Positions 46,673-59,300 of a stretch of 64,000 bases of DNA are shown in pieces. The DNA is taken from NCBI RefSeq assembly GCF_032444005.1, contig NC_091283.1, positions 37,014,001 to 37,078,000 on the forward strand. Reading direction: 5' to 3'. A program made the translations under genes and the position numbers. The number at the start of each line of letters is the position of its first letter. Position 1 is the stretch's first letter. The notes below the pieces were generated by a model, which worked only from the letters and a program-made list of their open reading frames with translations, had not been told where the DNA came from and did not search any database. The DNA is from Ranitomeya imitator. Lineage: Eukaryota.

Positions 46673-47507
46673 CTGGAGGAGGAAAAAAAAATTGGGAATT
46701 TAGAAGAAGTGGAAACATGGAGATATCTGCTCTACGTTACACATTAACAATAACCCTGTTGTGCAAGAGAAGAACAGAGAAAGCAGAAAGGGAGGAGGGG
46801 GAACAGAGGTTTCGAGCCAGAGAGAGCAAATAATGAGGAGAAATAATGAAAAATGAGGAATGTGCCACTGAGAAGTGCAAAGGAGGCAGCTAAGGTGCCA
46901 GGAGGTGTCCATGAAGGAGGGTGAGGGTGACGTGGAGGAGTAGGAGAGACCCAGTCCTGTCTCCATTACTTGGCATGTCCGTCCTAGTGAATTCCTGAGT
47001 TTTAAAGGGTCACACCCAAGTCTTACCAACCTGGAACGAAGCAGCAAAAGCAGAAGCCGCAGGGCTGGAAAAAGCACAGCAAGCAGAGATGGAAGGCATT
47101 AAATCAGAGCTTTAAAGTTTTGGGCAGAAGAGGGTACAGAAACAAACAAAAAAAAAAATATGGAGAAAGCCAAAGATGAAGAAAGGTGTGATCACGATGT
47201 GTGTGGAGTTGAGCAGGACGGAAAACAAAACTGTGCAAAAAGGGTTTTAGGGGAAACTGATGGAAAGTCTGCTTCAGCGAGATGGATATTACGGTAGGTC
47301 TGCCTCTGCTACATCTATATACTGACTGGCACATCAGTAAATATAAATTAATAGCCATCACCGAGAGGTCACATACATTTCACACATCAGTACAGAATGG
47401 ACTGGATGCCTTCTCCAAACACTGGAGCAGCAATGGGGACACACAAACGCATGGCCTGATACAGCGCAACGAGGATCCACGGCACTCAGAAAGGGGTCAG
47501 ATTCAGA

Positions 47508-48048
47508 GAGGGCGGAAGAGCGCGAGGGCGGAAGAGCGCGAGGGCGGAAGAGCGCGAGGGCGGAAGAGCGCGAGGGCGGAAGAGCGCGAGGGCGGAAGAG
47601 CGCGAGGGCGGAAGAGCGCGAGGGCGGAAGAGCGCGAGGGCGGAAGAGCGCGAGGGCGGAAGAGCGCGAGGGCGGAAGAGCGCGAGGGCGGAAGAGCGCG
47701 AGGGCGGAAGAGCGCGAGGGCGGAAGAGCGCGAGGGCGGAAGAGCGCGAGGGCGGAAGAGCGCGAGGGCGGAAGAGCGCGAGGGCGGAAGAGCGCGAGGG
47801 CGGAAGAGCGCGAGGGCGGAAGAGCGCGAGGGCGGAAGAGCGCGAGGGCGGAAGAGCGCGAGGGCGGAAGAGCGCGAGGGCCGAAGAGCGCGAGGGCCGA
47901 AGAGCGCGAGGGCCGAAGAGCGCGAGGGCCGAAGAGCGCGAGGGCCGAAGAGCGCGAGGGCCGAAGAGAGCGAGGGCCGAAGAGAGCGAGGGCCGAAGAG
48001 CGCGAGGGCCGAAGAGCGCGAGGGCCGAAGAGCGCGAGGGCGAAAGAG
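47508..48048. repeat. 16-bp GC-rich minisatellite GAGGGCGGAAGAGCGC, about 34 copies
   Basis: 23 units with GGGCGG, then 10 units with GGGCCG, then one degenerate unit. Confidence 0.95.
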
Positions 48049-48456
48049 CAAGTGTATAGGGTCTGAACAGCTGTAATGGGGTGGGGGTAAAACAGAAACA
48101 TCCTCTTTTTGGCATAAAACACTAAGAAAGGTGAAAAGGTGACATCCATGGAACGAACAGACAGGGTGGGTTGCACCATCATGGTCTGTTTACTTAAAAG
48201 TTGCAGTGCCCACCAGTTTTCATATAGATTCTTAATGGCAGGACGATTTTCAAAGTTAAATTGTTTTGGGGGATTTTTTTTGCAAGCAAAACTAACAAAA
48301 AAAAACAAAAAACTTGATCTGCAGCACCTGGGAGCAGCCACTACACAGTGTACAGAGCTGCCGTATTCTACTCCGACCATCGTAAACTGATCATGGGGGT
48401 GCCGTGGGTCTGACCTGTCGATCTGATATTGAACACATCGATCAACAATATCTTAA

Positions 48457-48757
48457 AGGGACTCTGTCACCTGAATTTGGCGGGATTGGTTTTGGGTCAT
48501 GGAGGCGGGGTTTTCGGGTGTTTGATTCACCCTTTCCTTACCCGCTGGCTGCATGCTGACTGCAATATTGGATTGAAGTTCATTCTCTGTCCTCCATAGT
48601 ACACGCCTGCGCAAAGCAATCTTGACTATGGAGGACAGAGAATGAACTTCAATCCAATATTGCAGCCAGCGGGTAAGGAAAGGGTGAATCAAACACCCGA
48701 AAACCCCGCCTCCATGACCCAAAACCAATCCCGCCAAATTCAGGTGACAGGTTCCCT
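48457..48757. mobile_element. Palindromic TTAA-target MITE (T2/Kolobok-like)
   Basis: TTAA-AGGGACTCTGTCACCTGAATTTGGCGGG...CCCGCCAAATTCAGGTGACAGGTTCCCT-TTAA. A looser relative lies at about 30710-31042. Confidence 0.8.
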
Positions 48758-50009
48758 TTAAGTCTAGAAAATTCCTTTAAGAAAAAAATGCATGTAAAAT
48801 CTATTCCACTGAGCTGTAAAAATATTTGACGTGTCCGGTCAATAATCTCCAGGACAGGAATGAAGCCATTTGCAGTCGGCCACACCCATGTTAAACTACT
48901 GGATTAGGTTCAGTAACTCAATATGCAAGAGTGACCTAATGGGACCAAGCCTGTGTCGGGATTATGTCTGACCCTATACAGATCTGAGCAAGGGGGATAA
49001 AATGGGAGAGTTAATGACGTTAATCCAGTAATACAGCAGTAAAGGAGCCCATACACCTTTAATAGCCGTCAGCTCATTTGGGTGATATCTAATTGCTTCT
49101 GATCCCCTCCCACCACATGCACACTCGATTCATCAAAGCATGCATGTATTCTCAATGGAGAGAGGGGAGTAAGCCACTGCCAGACTCCCATGGCGGTGGC
49201 TGTTCTTCCCCAAGAATAAAAGGATTGGGTGATGGAATTCATTATGTCTGACCCTTTTTTCCCCACACACCACGGAATCATCTGTCAGGGGAAAGTTTGG
49301 AGACCCTCACAAAAATCAATGAAAGGAACCTCATGTATGTACCATTCATAATTACGGAGGTGTGACCACTGCGCGGGAGTGGAGTAGTCTGCAGATGTGG
49401 CATTGGACATCTGCCATGTAATATATTTTACTGACTGACACACAATGTGCTTTTAGGAGAATGCAGAGCCATCTAAAATGGTATTATGGCTCCAGGGCAT
49501 AGAAACCAAAAAAATGTCTCATTAACTGTTTAATAGGCAAAAATAAGCAATCTACGTACAGAAATAGCTGTGAGCAAGAAAGTACACACGCCACACCCAG
49601 ACCCTACAAAGAGATGAGGTCACTTGAGTAAATCTGAAATAGGGTGGTGTCCCACAAAATCGCCCGGTTCCTCCCATAGGAAAGGGCAAGTCAGTGCTGA
49701 AAGTTGTTCTTATAAGGGGCTGAATTACTCATAAGCGTGAGCTCCCCCTCCTAGAAGACAATGATTATTACACCTTTCCTGTCAAAAGCTGGAATCCCGG
49801 CCAAAGGCACCTCCCAACATGGAGAGGAAAGTAAATAAGACCTTCACTTCTGATAAGGATCTCACACCCCTGATATGCTCCTCAGTAAAGGGTATGGTCA
49901 CACAAGGCTCACGATGGTGAGTGAATCTGAAAATTTAGCAAATGAAAGCTAGATGTATCAAAGTAAACTTCTCATTGTTTGCCAAGGTCAACAACGGCGT
50001 CTTCATCTG

Positions 50010-50400
50010 AGAGAAGAGCGGCGAGCGACGAAGTAGAGTGGCCAAGAAGAGCGGCCAAGAGTGGCGAGTGATGAAGTAGAGCGGCAAGCGACCAAGAAAA
50101 GCGCCCAAGAAGAGCGCCGAAGTAAAGCGGTCAAGAAGAGCGGCGAGTGACGAAGTAGAGCGGCCAAGAGTGGCGAGTGATGAAGTAGAGCGGCAAGCGA
50201 CCAAGAAGAGCAACGAGCTACCAAGAAAAGCGCCCAAGAAGAGCGCCGAAGTAAAGCGGTCAAGAAGAGCGGCGAGTGACGAAGTAGAGCGGCCAAGAAG
50301 AGCGGCGAGTGACGAAGTAGAGCGGCCAAGAAGAGCGGCGAGTGATGAAGTAGAGCAACAAGCTACCAAGAAGAGCACCGAGCGACGAAGTAGAGCGACT
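50010..50400. repeat. Purine-rich degenerate tandem repeat, about 33 bp unit
   Basis: gaagagcggcgagtgacgaagtagagcggccaa units with internal block duplication. Confidence 0.8.
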
Positions 50401-51735
50401 AATGGGACAGATACCTGTGAGCATGTGGAGTAGGAAGCTCCACTTCTGTGACCTAGAGATATCTTAACCTACACCACATGCTGTCATCTCCAAGTATCGG
50501 CAGCGGAGCTTCGTACTGCACATGCTCACAGGCATCTGTCCCATTAGCATGCTGGAACAGGCTTCTGCCAGTGTAACAAGATGGCAGCCTTTTTTTTTTC
50601 CCTGTCTAATACTGACATTTCCTCTCAATTTTTTTTCCTATTCCTGAAGAACTCCTTTTAAGGAACAGTAAACAGTCTGATGGTTCTGGAGAACAGCATC
50701 TGTTTGCTAATGTCTGCCAAAACCACAGAGCGATAAGACATGGGAATCAGTCAGACAAACAACCAGCAATGTTTTCATGAAGCGACGCTTTACCGTAGGC
50801 CATGAAAAGTGCTCCGGTGTTCTCCAAGAGAGCCGCTCGCCGAACCCTTATCTCCTCTCAAAGTAAAAAAAGAAAAAAAGGATTGCGCGATTCAATTCCA
50901 ACCGCCCATCTTTATCTCCCAGATAAAAATCGGTTGAGGGACAGGGGAATGGAAGCAAATCTCAGCCCAGGTTCAATCGACTTCTATTGTGTAATGGGGA
51001 TAGAACTTAATCCGTCATGGCCAATTTGGAGGACCAGACTAAGAGTTTTCTAGTAATATTACTGTAATTCTACAGACTAACAAGACAGTTTTTCGAATAC
51101 ATGTGCCCAACAGTACATAACAATGGACGGCCAGTGGCGCAAAGTGGGGAGGGGGAGAAGCATAGTAAAATCCTTGTGTTACGCTCGAGCAATAGACAAT
51201 CAGGTCCGGAAATGGACTGCAGACAGGAAGACCTGCGCCACATCATAATATAATAAACCTAAACCTAATTGTGGCGGATTCTGAGAGGTCAAAGGGATGT
51301 CCTGGAAAAGTGGCCCTTGCCAAGTAGGAGCTGATTATTTTTATTAGTGCTAAAAAGATGGCAAATTAATGGGGATAAACTAATACCATGCAAAGCAAAG
51401 GCAGTGCAATTTCAGGAAAAACCCTTCATTATGCGCAGTCATACAAAAAGACCTTAGATGCCCCCATTCCAATTGCCTACTGCAAAATCAACTGTTAAAA
51501 TATGGCCACAATTTCACATGAAACTTACCAGCCACTCAATGTTCGTACAGTTCCATATTATAGACCCACTGACCCTACTGTGTGCGCCCCCAATACCCCT
51601 GAATATCATGGAGCATGCCAATTATTTCTATATTTAATCCATTGGATACTCATTTCGCCGCCACAAAAAGGCACATGACAGGCGCACAGATTTCCAGAGA
51701 CGCCATATTACAGATCCATAATATGACCATGTGCA

Positions 51736-53338
51736 TGCGAGTCGCCCGCCAGGGCAGTGGGGATACTCGGTAGTGGGTCCGGTCACGGTTAAAGGGGTGG
51801 TCACTGTGGCAGCGTCCCGGGCCGTGGCCCTGGGCGCCCAATTAAAAGGGGAAAGTCTTTTAAGGGAATTTGTAATAAAGATGGTGACACTTCCCACAGG
51901 TGAAGCGGGGTCCCTAGGGCTCCCAATGTGAATGGCAAGGATGGTGTAGTGCCAGCAAATAAATGGAGGACACAAAGTTGTAACTTCTTTACCTGGTTTA
52001 CTGGTGGTAGCAGGCCACAGTCCAGGGTACCAGGGACAGATGATGATATGGTCCGGCCGGCCTGGAGGCAAAGGTGATCCCTCTCCCAGGTGAGGTCCTT
52101 AAGCCTTCCTACTCGCGCTCGTATGCAAGGTCCTTGCTGCCTGTGGCTTCCGTACAAAGTCCTCTCTCTCCTGTCCTGGGACAGTTACCTGTATGGTGGG
52201 CAGTGTGAGCCGTTTTATAGGGTCTCTATCATGACCCGGGCTCTTCGTGTACTGCTGCACTTTCAAGTGTGGGTGCGGGCAAATTACATAAAGTTCTTTA
52301 CCCTCCGGTTCTGCCGTGCGACCTGGAGTACAACACAGCCTCGGGCTCCCGATGCCTGCGCTTCGGCTCTGAGGGTGCCCGATCACAGTTCCCCTCCAAG
52401 CCCTTTCCTGCTCCTGTGCTTCTTCCCTCTGATGCTCACTGACATACAACTGAGTCGCCCGCCAGGCCCGTGGGGTACCCGGTATCGGGTCCGGTGTTCA
52501 CAGGGGATGCAACGGTGGCGACCCGGTCCGTGGCCCTGGGCGCCCATGTAAAAGGGGGTTTTGAATAAAGTTTATGTTCATGACGCCACCTGTGGAATTC
52601 GGTCAGTGGGTACCGACGCTGCTTTAAGGGGTCCTCTGGGGTGATGTTACAACTTCCCACAGGTGAAGTATATCCCCAGGGCTCCAGGTGTGCAGATGGA
52701 AGATGGTGAATGGCGCAGTAAAGAACAAGGAAACAGGTTTGCAGTCTCTTTACCTGGTTTATTGAAGACTTCAGGCATCCACAGTCCAGGGTACCAGATC
52801 ACAGGGCAGGCAGAGTCTGGCCGGCTTGGAAGCGTATCCAGAGTCCCCTTTACCAGATGGAGTTAAAGGCCTTCCTCTAGCGCGGTGGTGTTTTAGTCCC
52901 TTACTGCCTATGGCTTCTGATAAGGTCCTGACTGTTCTTCTCTGTCCCCCATATAGGATAGGACAATACCTGTACGACAGGTAACTTGAGCCTTTTTACA
53001 GGGACTCCATCACGCCCCGGGCTCTATGTGTCACTGTGTCTTCAGGTGTGTGTGGCGGACAGGTAACTTGCAGTTCAGCTGTCCTGCCGGTCTCTGCTGT
53101 AAGTCGTAGAGTCCCTTACAAACTTGGTATTCCAGCTACCCGTTATCTGCGCTTCAGCTGGTCTCCCTTGATATCACTCTCCTGTGCTTCGCTCTCCTTC
53201 ACTCACTGAACGATGTTCTTTCCTTCTGTATCTCTGTGCAGGAGCTGCAGCACTTTCTCGTGGCTGCACAGCTCCTCATACGTTCTTCCTGCCTCAGACT
53301 GCTTCCTGGCACTAGCTGACTAACTTTCCCTCCAAACC

Positions 53339-53377
<39 letters not shown>

Positions 53378-53620
53378 GGGAGTCACCTAGAAATAGGATC
53401 AAAGGGGCCTGGAGTGTGAACATGTGTGTATGGTGATCACCTGATAAAGAGATATCCTTCATCGCTTCCAAACGTAACATCACTCTCCCCATAAGGAAAG
53501 CAATGCCACTGTGACGACCAGGACCCTGGGGCGCCACACAACCCCTCGGGTTATCTTCCGTTCCTGGAGCTACAGCTCAGTCCTGGCTGCACGGCTCCAC
53601 TCGCTGCTCTCTCTACTCAC
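51736..53620 (-). mobile_element. Older LTR-like element interrupted by a related solo LTR
   Basis: 51736-52450 and 52451-53538 begin with homologous sequence (gagtcgcccgccagg...gggtccgg). LTR-like sequence resumes after 53542. Right boundary approximate. Confidence 0.55.
52451..53538 (-). mobile_element. Solo LTR (about 1.09 kb)
   Basis: TG...CA ends (minus strand begins TGTGGCGCCCCAGGG); 4-bp duplication CAAC on both sides. Confidence 0.7.
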
Positions 53621-56116
53621 TGTATGTTGTATCCAGTGCTTCTGACTGCGCATGCCCAGCAGGAAATCTCACACTCACTCTCTTTCCACCCCGGGACTAC
53701 AGACGGAAATGTGAAAGGACAAACTTCCGTCGGTACGTCGCGCCGACGCTATGCTATTTTACTGGATGTGGATTTTCCTTTGCTCACAAGTTGCAGCCAA
53801 AATGGTGCAATCGCTGTAGCATGGCTGCAACATGCGAGCACGGCTTAAGTGTCTGATATTTAAGAAGTTACCGAGTTGGGCTGTGGGGGAGGATGGGGGG
53901 GGGGGGGGGGGGGAAAAATCAGCAAGCGAAAACATCCACCGGGCAGGTACAATGGCTAAGCACTAAAAATGTTTAAAGTCCAAAAAAAAATTAAATTTGC
54001 AGCCCTAGTCATATATCCAGGAATAAAAACTGTGACTTGTTTTACTTCAGGATATTAAGGATAATTGGCAATGACAATGTCGGAAGTTAAAAATAAGCTT
54101 GGCTTAGATTGGAGTGGATGAACGGCCCTTCCCTGATGTGATAATATTCTGAGTAACCGATGATGAAGTTCAGTAAACATACGAGCACGGCAGAAGGCGA
54201 CGGCCTGTTACTGTGTCAACACAGGGAGCGCTATGTTGCCCAGGGGCTTTACATATACCAGACACACAGCAGGTCACAAGTGGAGAGCTCCAGTTCTCAA
54301 AAGCTGACAAAAGGAATATAAAAGAAAAAAAGGATTCCCACGCCCATCTTATATACACGTGCACCATGGCCTCCTTGAAGTGTCCTCAAAAAAGAGATCA
54401 CCCGGACTGACACCCAGTCTCCATTATTTTTTTTTCCCCTTTCCCAGACAGCATGCAGGTCTCCTCCGGATAAACGGGCAAAACGCAGGACTCCCCAGAT
54501 AAACGGGCGCTGCCATAAAATGGTTTGCAAAAGGCTTTCCAAATTACACATTCCAAGTTCTGATCCATTTAAGTCCCTGTAGATATTCGGACACATCATA
54601 GGGCCCCATTGCCACCATGTGGTGCCTCTACAAGGAGCAGTTCTGCTTTTCTGGGAGACAATATCCGTAATATGGCATTCCCCAAAGAACACTATGGGCC
54701 CACAGAAGACTACGTGCGTCACATTACGGATCCCGATCTTTTCACATACAGAACCGCACCAGTGAACAGTTTACCGCAAAAATTTGCTTTTTTCAGCCAA
54801 ACAGCAGACAATCTCGTCCAACCTTTGGATGTTAAATATGACAAAATTGCCATGTGACGTACTGTAATGTCCAGGCAGCTCTACTCGAAAAACAACCAAC
54901 CCCTACGATATTTTACTGACTTATGCAGGCGTTCACACACGGTTGGATGCAAAAATGTCAGACATTGGAAACATGCCACCTGTGAACGAAGACACCGGAT
55001 GAATTTTACACACGCTTCCAGAAACCTCACATTTTGCAAACAATTTTTTCCCCCTATTTTACTAAAAGGTCCCAGCAGCGGCAAAAACCACCAAACATGA
55101 GCAGTTGAGTCAAAGGGAGTTTCCACATAACCTCTTTTTCTTTTATCGGTGGGAATTAGAGTTCATCAGATGGCAGCAGTTACTGAAAATGCTGGTATTA
55201 TGGGGGTTGTCTGGTCTAGAAAACCATTCTCCCATATCCTATAAGTGAATTTTGAAATAGAGGTGGGACCTCTAGATTATCATGTCTCGGTCAGTGAAGA
55301 GTGGCTACAAAGAGCGTCTCCCACCCTGGAGGACCCGTCCTGTGCTGTACCAACCCGATGATATGGGTATGGTGTATTGCATTATTTCTCATGTGGAGGC
55401 ACTATAAAGGAAATTGAAAAATTACTTTCAGGTTTTCCCACAGATCACTTTGTAATCAAATTATCAAGAAACCCTTTTAACAAGTTGGGATAATCCAAGG
55501 TCAAGAACCACGTAAAAAGGGAACTGGTCAGAAGTTTCCTGCTGCCAGAATCTTGGGCAGCACAAATCAGAGGAAGGGTCTGACATTACAAACATCCATG
55601 TTTCACTGTCATGCTGGTGGCGAGAAGATGCCCAGCGTGAGGCGCAACACGAAGGGAACCGCAGTGGGTATGTACTAGAAAGGCCCTGGCAATAAGGGGA
55701 GGGAAGAGGGGGTCACCTCCTAACCTACACCCTAGTCAGATCCTTGCACTCGCTGTCGACCCAAGACGAGTCCTTGCCCTGTGCGCAATCACTGGCCCTG
55801 AATTCACCCTGACTAATGTTTAGGGCAGTGAGACACTAGTCCCACTACTACAATACGACAACACAAGGAAGGCAAGACAAAACAGGTGGGAAAAGGCACA
55901 ACAAATAGCACGCTTCAATTTCTCCAGGTGGAAACTTCGCTGCTGCAACAGGAATTAAACACCTCAGCTTATCCAGAGACTGGCTCCTTTATACACACAC
56001 AGGGAGAGACCTATCAACCTACTTAGCCGGAGTCTGTGGGGAATCAACCCTCGTTCCTCGCTCCCATCTTCAAATGTTTTCTCTGAAACGCTAGAGTAAG
56101 ACATGAATATTTGTAA

Positions 56117-56443
56117 GGCTACTTTCACACTAGCGTCGTACGACGCACGTCGCAATGCGTCGTTTTGAAGAAAAACGCATCCTGCAAAGTTGTTTGCAGG
56201 ATGCGTTTTTTCTCCATAGGCTTGTATTAGCGACACTTTGCGACGCATTGCCACACGTCGCAACCGTCGTGTCGTGGCGGACCGTCGGCACCAAAAAACA
56301 TTGCATGTAACGTTTTTTGGTGCGTTGTGTCCGCCATTTCCGACCGCGCATGCGCTGCCGGAACTCCTCCCCGGAGCTCACAATGGGGCAGCGCTTTCAC
56401 AGCATGCATCGGTGCATCGTACGACGCTAGTGTGAAAGTAGCC
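56117..56443. mobile_element. PIF/Harbinger-type MITE
   Basis: Same GGCTACTTTCACAC TIR as 1668-2150, TAA TSD, different palindromic interior. Confidence 0.82.
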
Positions 56444-56664
56444 TAAGTCAGAAAGTCTCCAATTCAAGCTGCCTATGGTCCGGCCAGTATGAATCGCATG
56501 AGAGTGTCCCGTGAAAGTAAAGTGTTGGTCGCCACTGGTGTAAACTGATGTTCTTGAGGTAAAAGTTGCCCATACATTTCAGGGTCTTAAGCTATGGAAC
56601 TCTATATATCACCTTACATGGTTTGCTTAAGAACTATAACTTTTGTAATACATTGTCTTAAGAG

Positions 56665-56695
<31 letters not shown>

Positions 56696-56779
56696 CAAAA
56701 TCAGGTAAGATGAAGGGGGTTTTCTACCTGAAACTAGTAAACATTATGAGTTTTCTTTTTTAATATATACATTATCCCA

Positions 56780-59300
56780 TTTCTTTTTATCCTAAGTTTT
56801 AATTTTTTTCCTTTGGTGCTGGAGAACATCCCCTTTTGGAAAACAAATATTTGACCCAAGAGGTTACAGGAGGCCAAGGCAGAAGTGATGGAAGCCCTTC
56901 TGATTGAGCAAGTAATACTTTGAACATGGGATTAAATACAGGGAAGGAATTACCCATGAATGGAGGTACAGTCATTACTGAGGCATTTATGACAAGGGGA
57001 TGCCGCTTCTTTATCAAGAAAGGAAAGTGCACGATAGCCACAGAAAGACCATGAGTCAGTCTGAACTGCCATAATTCACTTCAGTGGAAAGATTACGGTA
57101 CCTGGGCTGCTGTTTCGCAGATGAAGAATCTTCGATAGTATGAAATAAAAATTTGTATTAACCGATGCGTTTGGGTGCCGGAATGGCACCTCTTTCCAAA
57201 GGTAAAAAAATAAATAAATCTGAATTGTAATAAATGACACATTCAGGAGTTTCATGGTGGAGCCTTTAAGGACAACCCCAGAACCATCTCAGTAAACTTG
57301 GGGTCATCTAAAGGCATTCTGAGGTAAAGGATTACAGGGGAGAAAGTGGCCCAGACATCTATCAATTAGGTGACTGTACGCATCACATAGATCATAGAGT
57401 GCAGACTGTAATTGGCAGCCTATAGTCTGTAGTTCCAACATCCTGACCGGGAGAATTAAAATATCCAAACTTTTATTCACATATTTGGCATTCTCGGACC
57501 GAGAAAGGACTATGATGTCCAGACCAGCCATGAGTCTTCCAAGCCAAAAAACTCAACATCCTCATAGGCACATAAGAGGCTGTGGAGTTCAGATTGAAGA
57601 CCCGGAGTCTGTCCGGACATCGCAGAGGTGTGGAAATCACTGAGACCGTGGAACCAAGTCTGGCAGGTTGAGCTCACAATGGACAGACTACCACCCATCT
57701 GAGATAGTCATACATCTTGTGAAATATCCCTTAAAGATTACGACTGAATCCTGGCTCTATTTTCCAATGTGTCATCTCCTTTATGATGATTCACCATAGT
57801 CTGGAAATTCTATTTCGTTCTTCAGATTCAACTACACAAGCTAGTCTCTAAATACACAAGGTCAGTAATACCTTATATCGGTACCGGTTTTTGTGGGGCA
57901 AGTCTATAGGAGTTGTCAACATGATCAGCCGATTGCCACCACCCAGTTACTAGGGCCCCTGACGATCACACGATTTTGGAATGGGAAGCCACTAGTTAGC
58001 CAGAAAACGTAGGATTACATGGCGGTCATTCAGAGGAATATCTGACCATACGTGGATGACTTGATCACAACAGTGCAAGAGCCGCGTTAAGACAGTAGCT
58101 CTTGCCTGTGGGAGGTGTTCCCAAGCAGACAACCCCTCATATGTCCTTATTTCCCAACATTGTATTCATGAGACACCCCAGATTAGATGTTTCTCCAATT
58201 TTGAGTACAACTCTTGAGAAGGTCAAATAATGCATCCACAAATAGTATCAAATATAAGCCTTTTAATCATATGATTTACACACAGAAACCTTTTTGGCAT
58301 GCAATCTGTGCCTAAAACCTCCCCAAAAACTCAATATGAACATTCTTCAATGGTACTACAGTGAAGGTGCTGCAAATCTGTCCTGATGGCGGGGTGAGGT
58401 CTCTCGGAAAGACTCTTCGAGGCTGGTATAACATCAAGATGCAATAGTAAAGTATGTTCACCTACACCTAGGACCAGGGCTATGGCTGTATGGTACTGGT
58501 GCAAGACGTTAGTCGTACCTACCCAGCCCCATGTATACGATTTTCACAGCACGATATGGCTGGTATCTAATGGCGTCATAACTGTATGATCGGTGTCTCC
58601 AGCTCCTCTGCATTGTCTGTTGGAGCACATGGCTGCCAAAGAGACGGCCTTATTGGAAATTGGGCTGGAGAACGTCTCCATTTGCAACTCTGCATTTTGG
58701 ACAGGGTGTCGGAGCTACCTTTATGTTGTATGCATTATTTTGTTTTTTTTAAAATGGACCAAAGCAGGGGAAGATGCAGTTTTTTTTTTCCAGGCAGACC
58801 ATACTTCTATGTGGAAAAATCAGCAATGTGCTGTAGTGCACTGGCTACATTTTAGCCGCATGGTCAACCAGGTGTGGCCCGTGACATACGCAGACTGGTT
58901 ATAGGCTCGTCTGAACAAGGCCTTAGGATGTCAGAGACTCAGGTTGCTATTCCTTCCCAAAAATGGAAGGCTACCAACTCCGTAATGAAGCAAACCTATA
59001 GTGCGCAAGCCTCCTGATTGGCATTTCCTATTCGATTACCCCAAGAGCACACCACTTATGTGGCCACAAAGAGGGCAAAGGTAACGAGACGTCTGCCCGC
59101 AACCTCTGAATAAAACCCACTGTGCATGTGCTAGTTTCCTCTTCCGTGAGTACGCACCAGACACCTGGGAAACTAGCGCTTGCACAGTGGCTTTCATTGG
59201 AGATAATGTTGGGAAAGCCAAGAAGTGCGGCCTCAAAGAAAGCAACAATGGAGAAGAACTTCTATAAATAATTACCTAAACAGCGCCAACCTTCCGTGCT
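56780..59300 (-). mobile_element. Heavily decayed L1/Tx1-like LINE sequence
   Basis: Only scattered LINE ORF2-like peptides on the minus strand; no intact frame; boundaries uncertain. Confidence 0.3.

Noticed and set aside
47282-48380. Overlapping 180-340 aa Arg/Ser/Ala-rich ORFs on both strands
   Set aside because: They are translations of the stop-free 16-bp repeat; there is no non-repeat domain or splice support.
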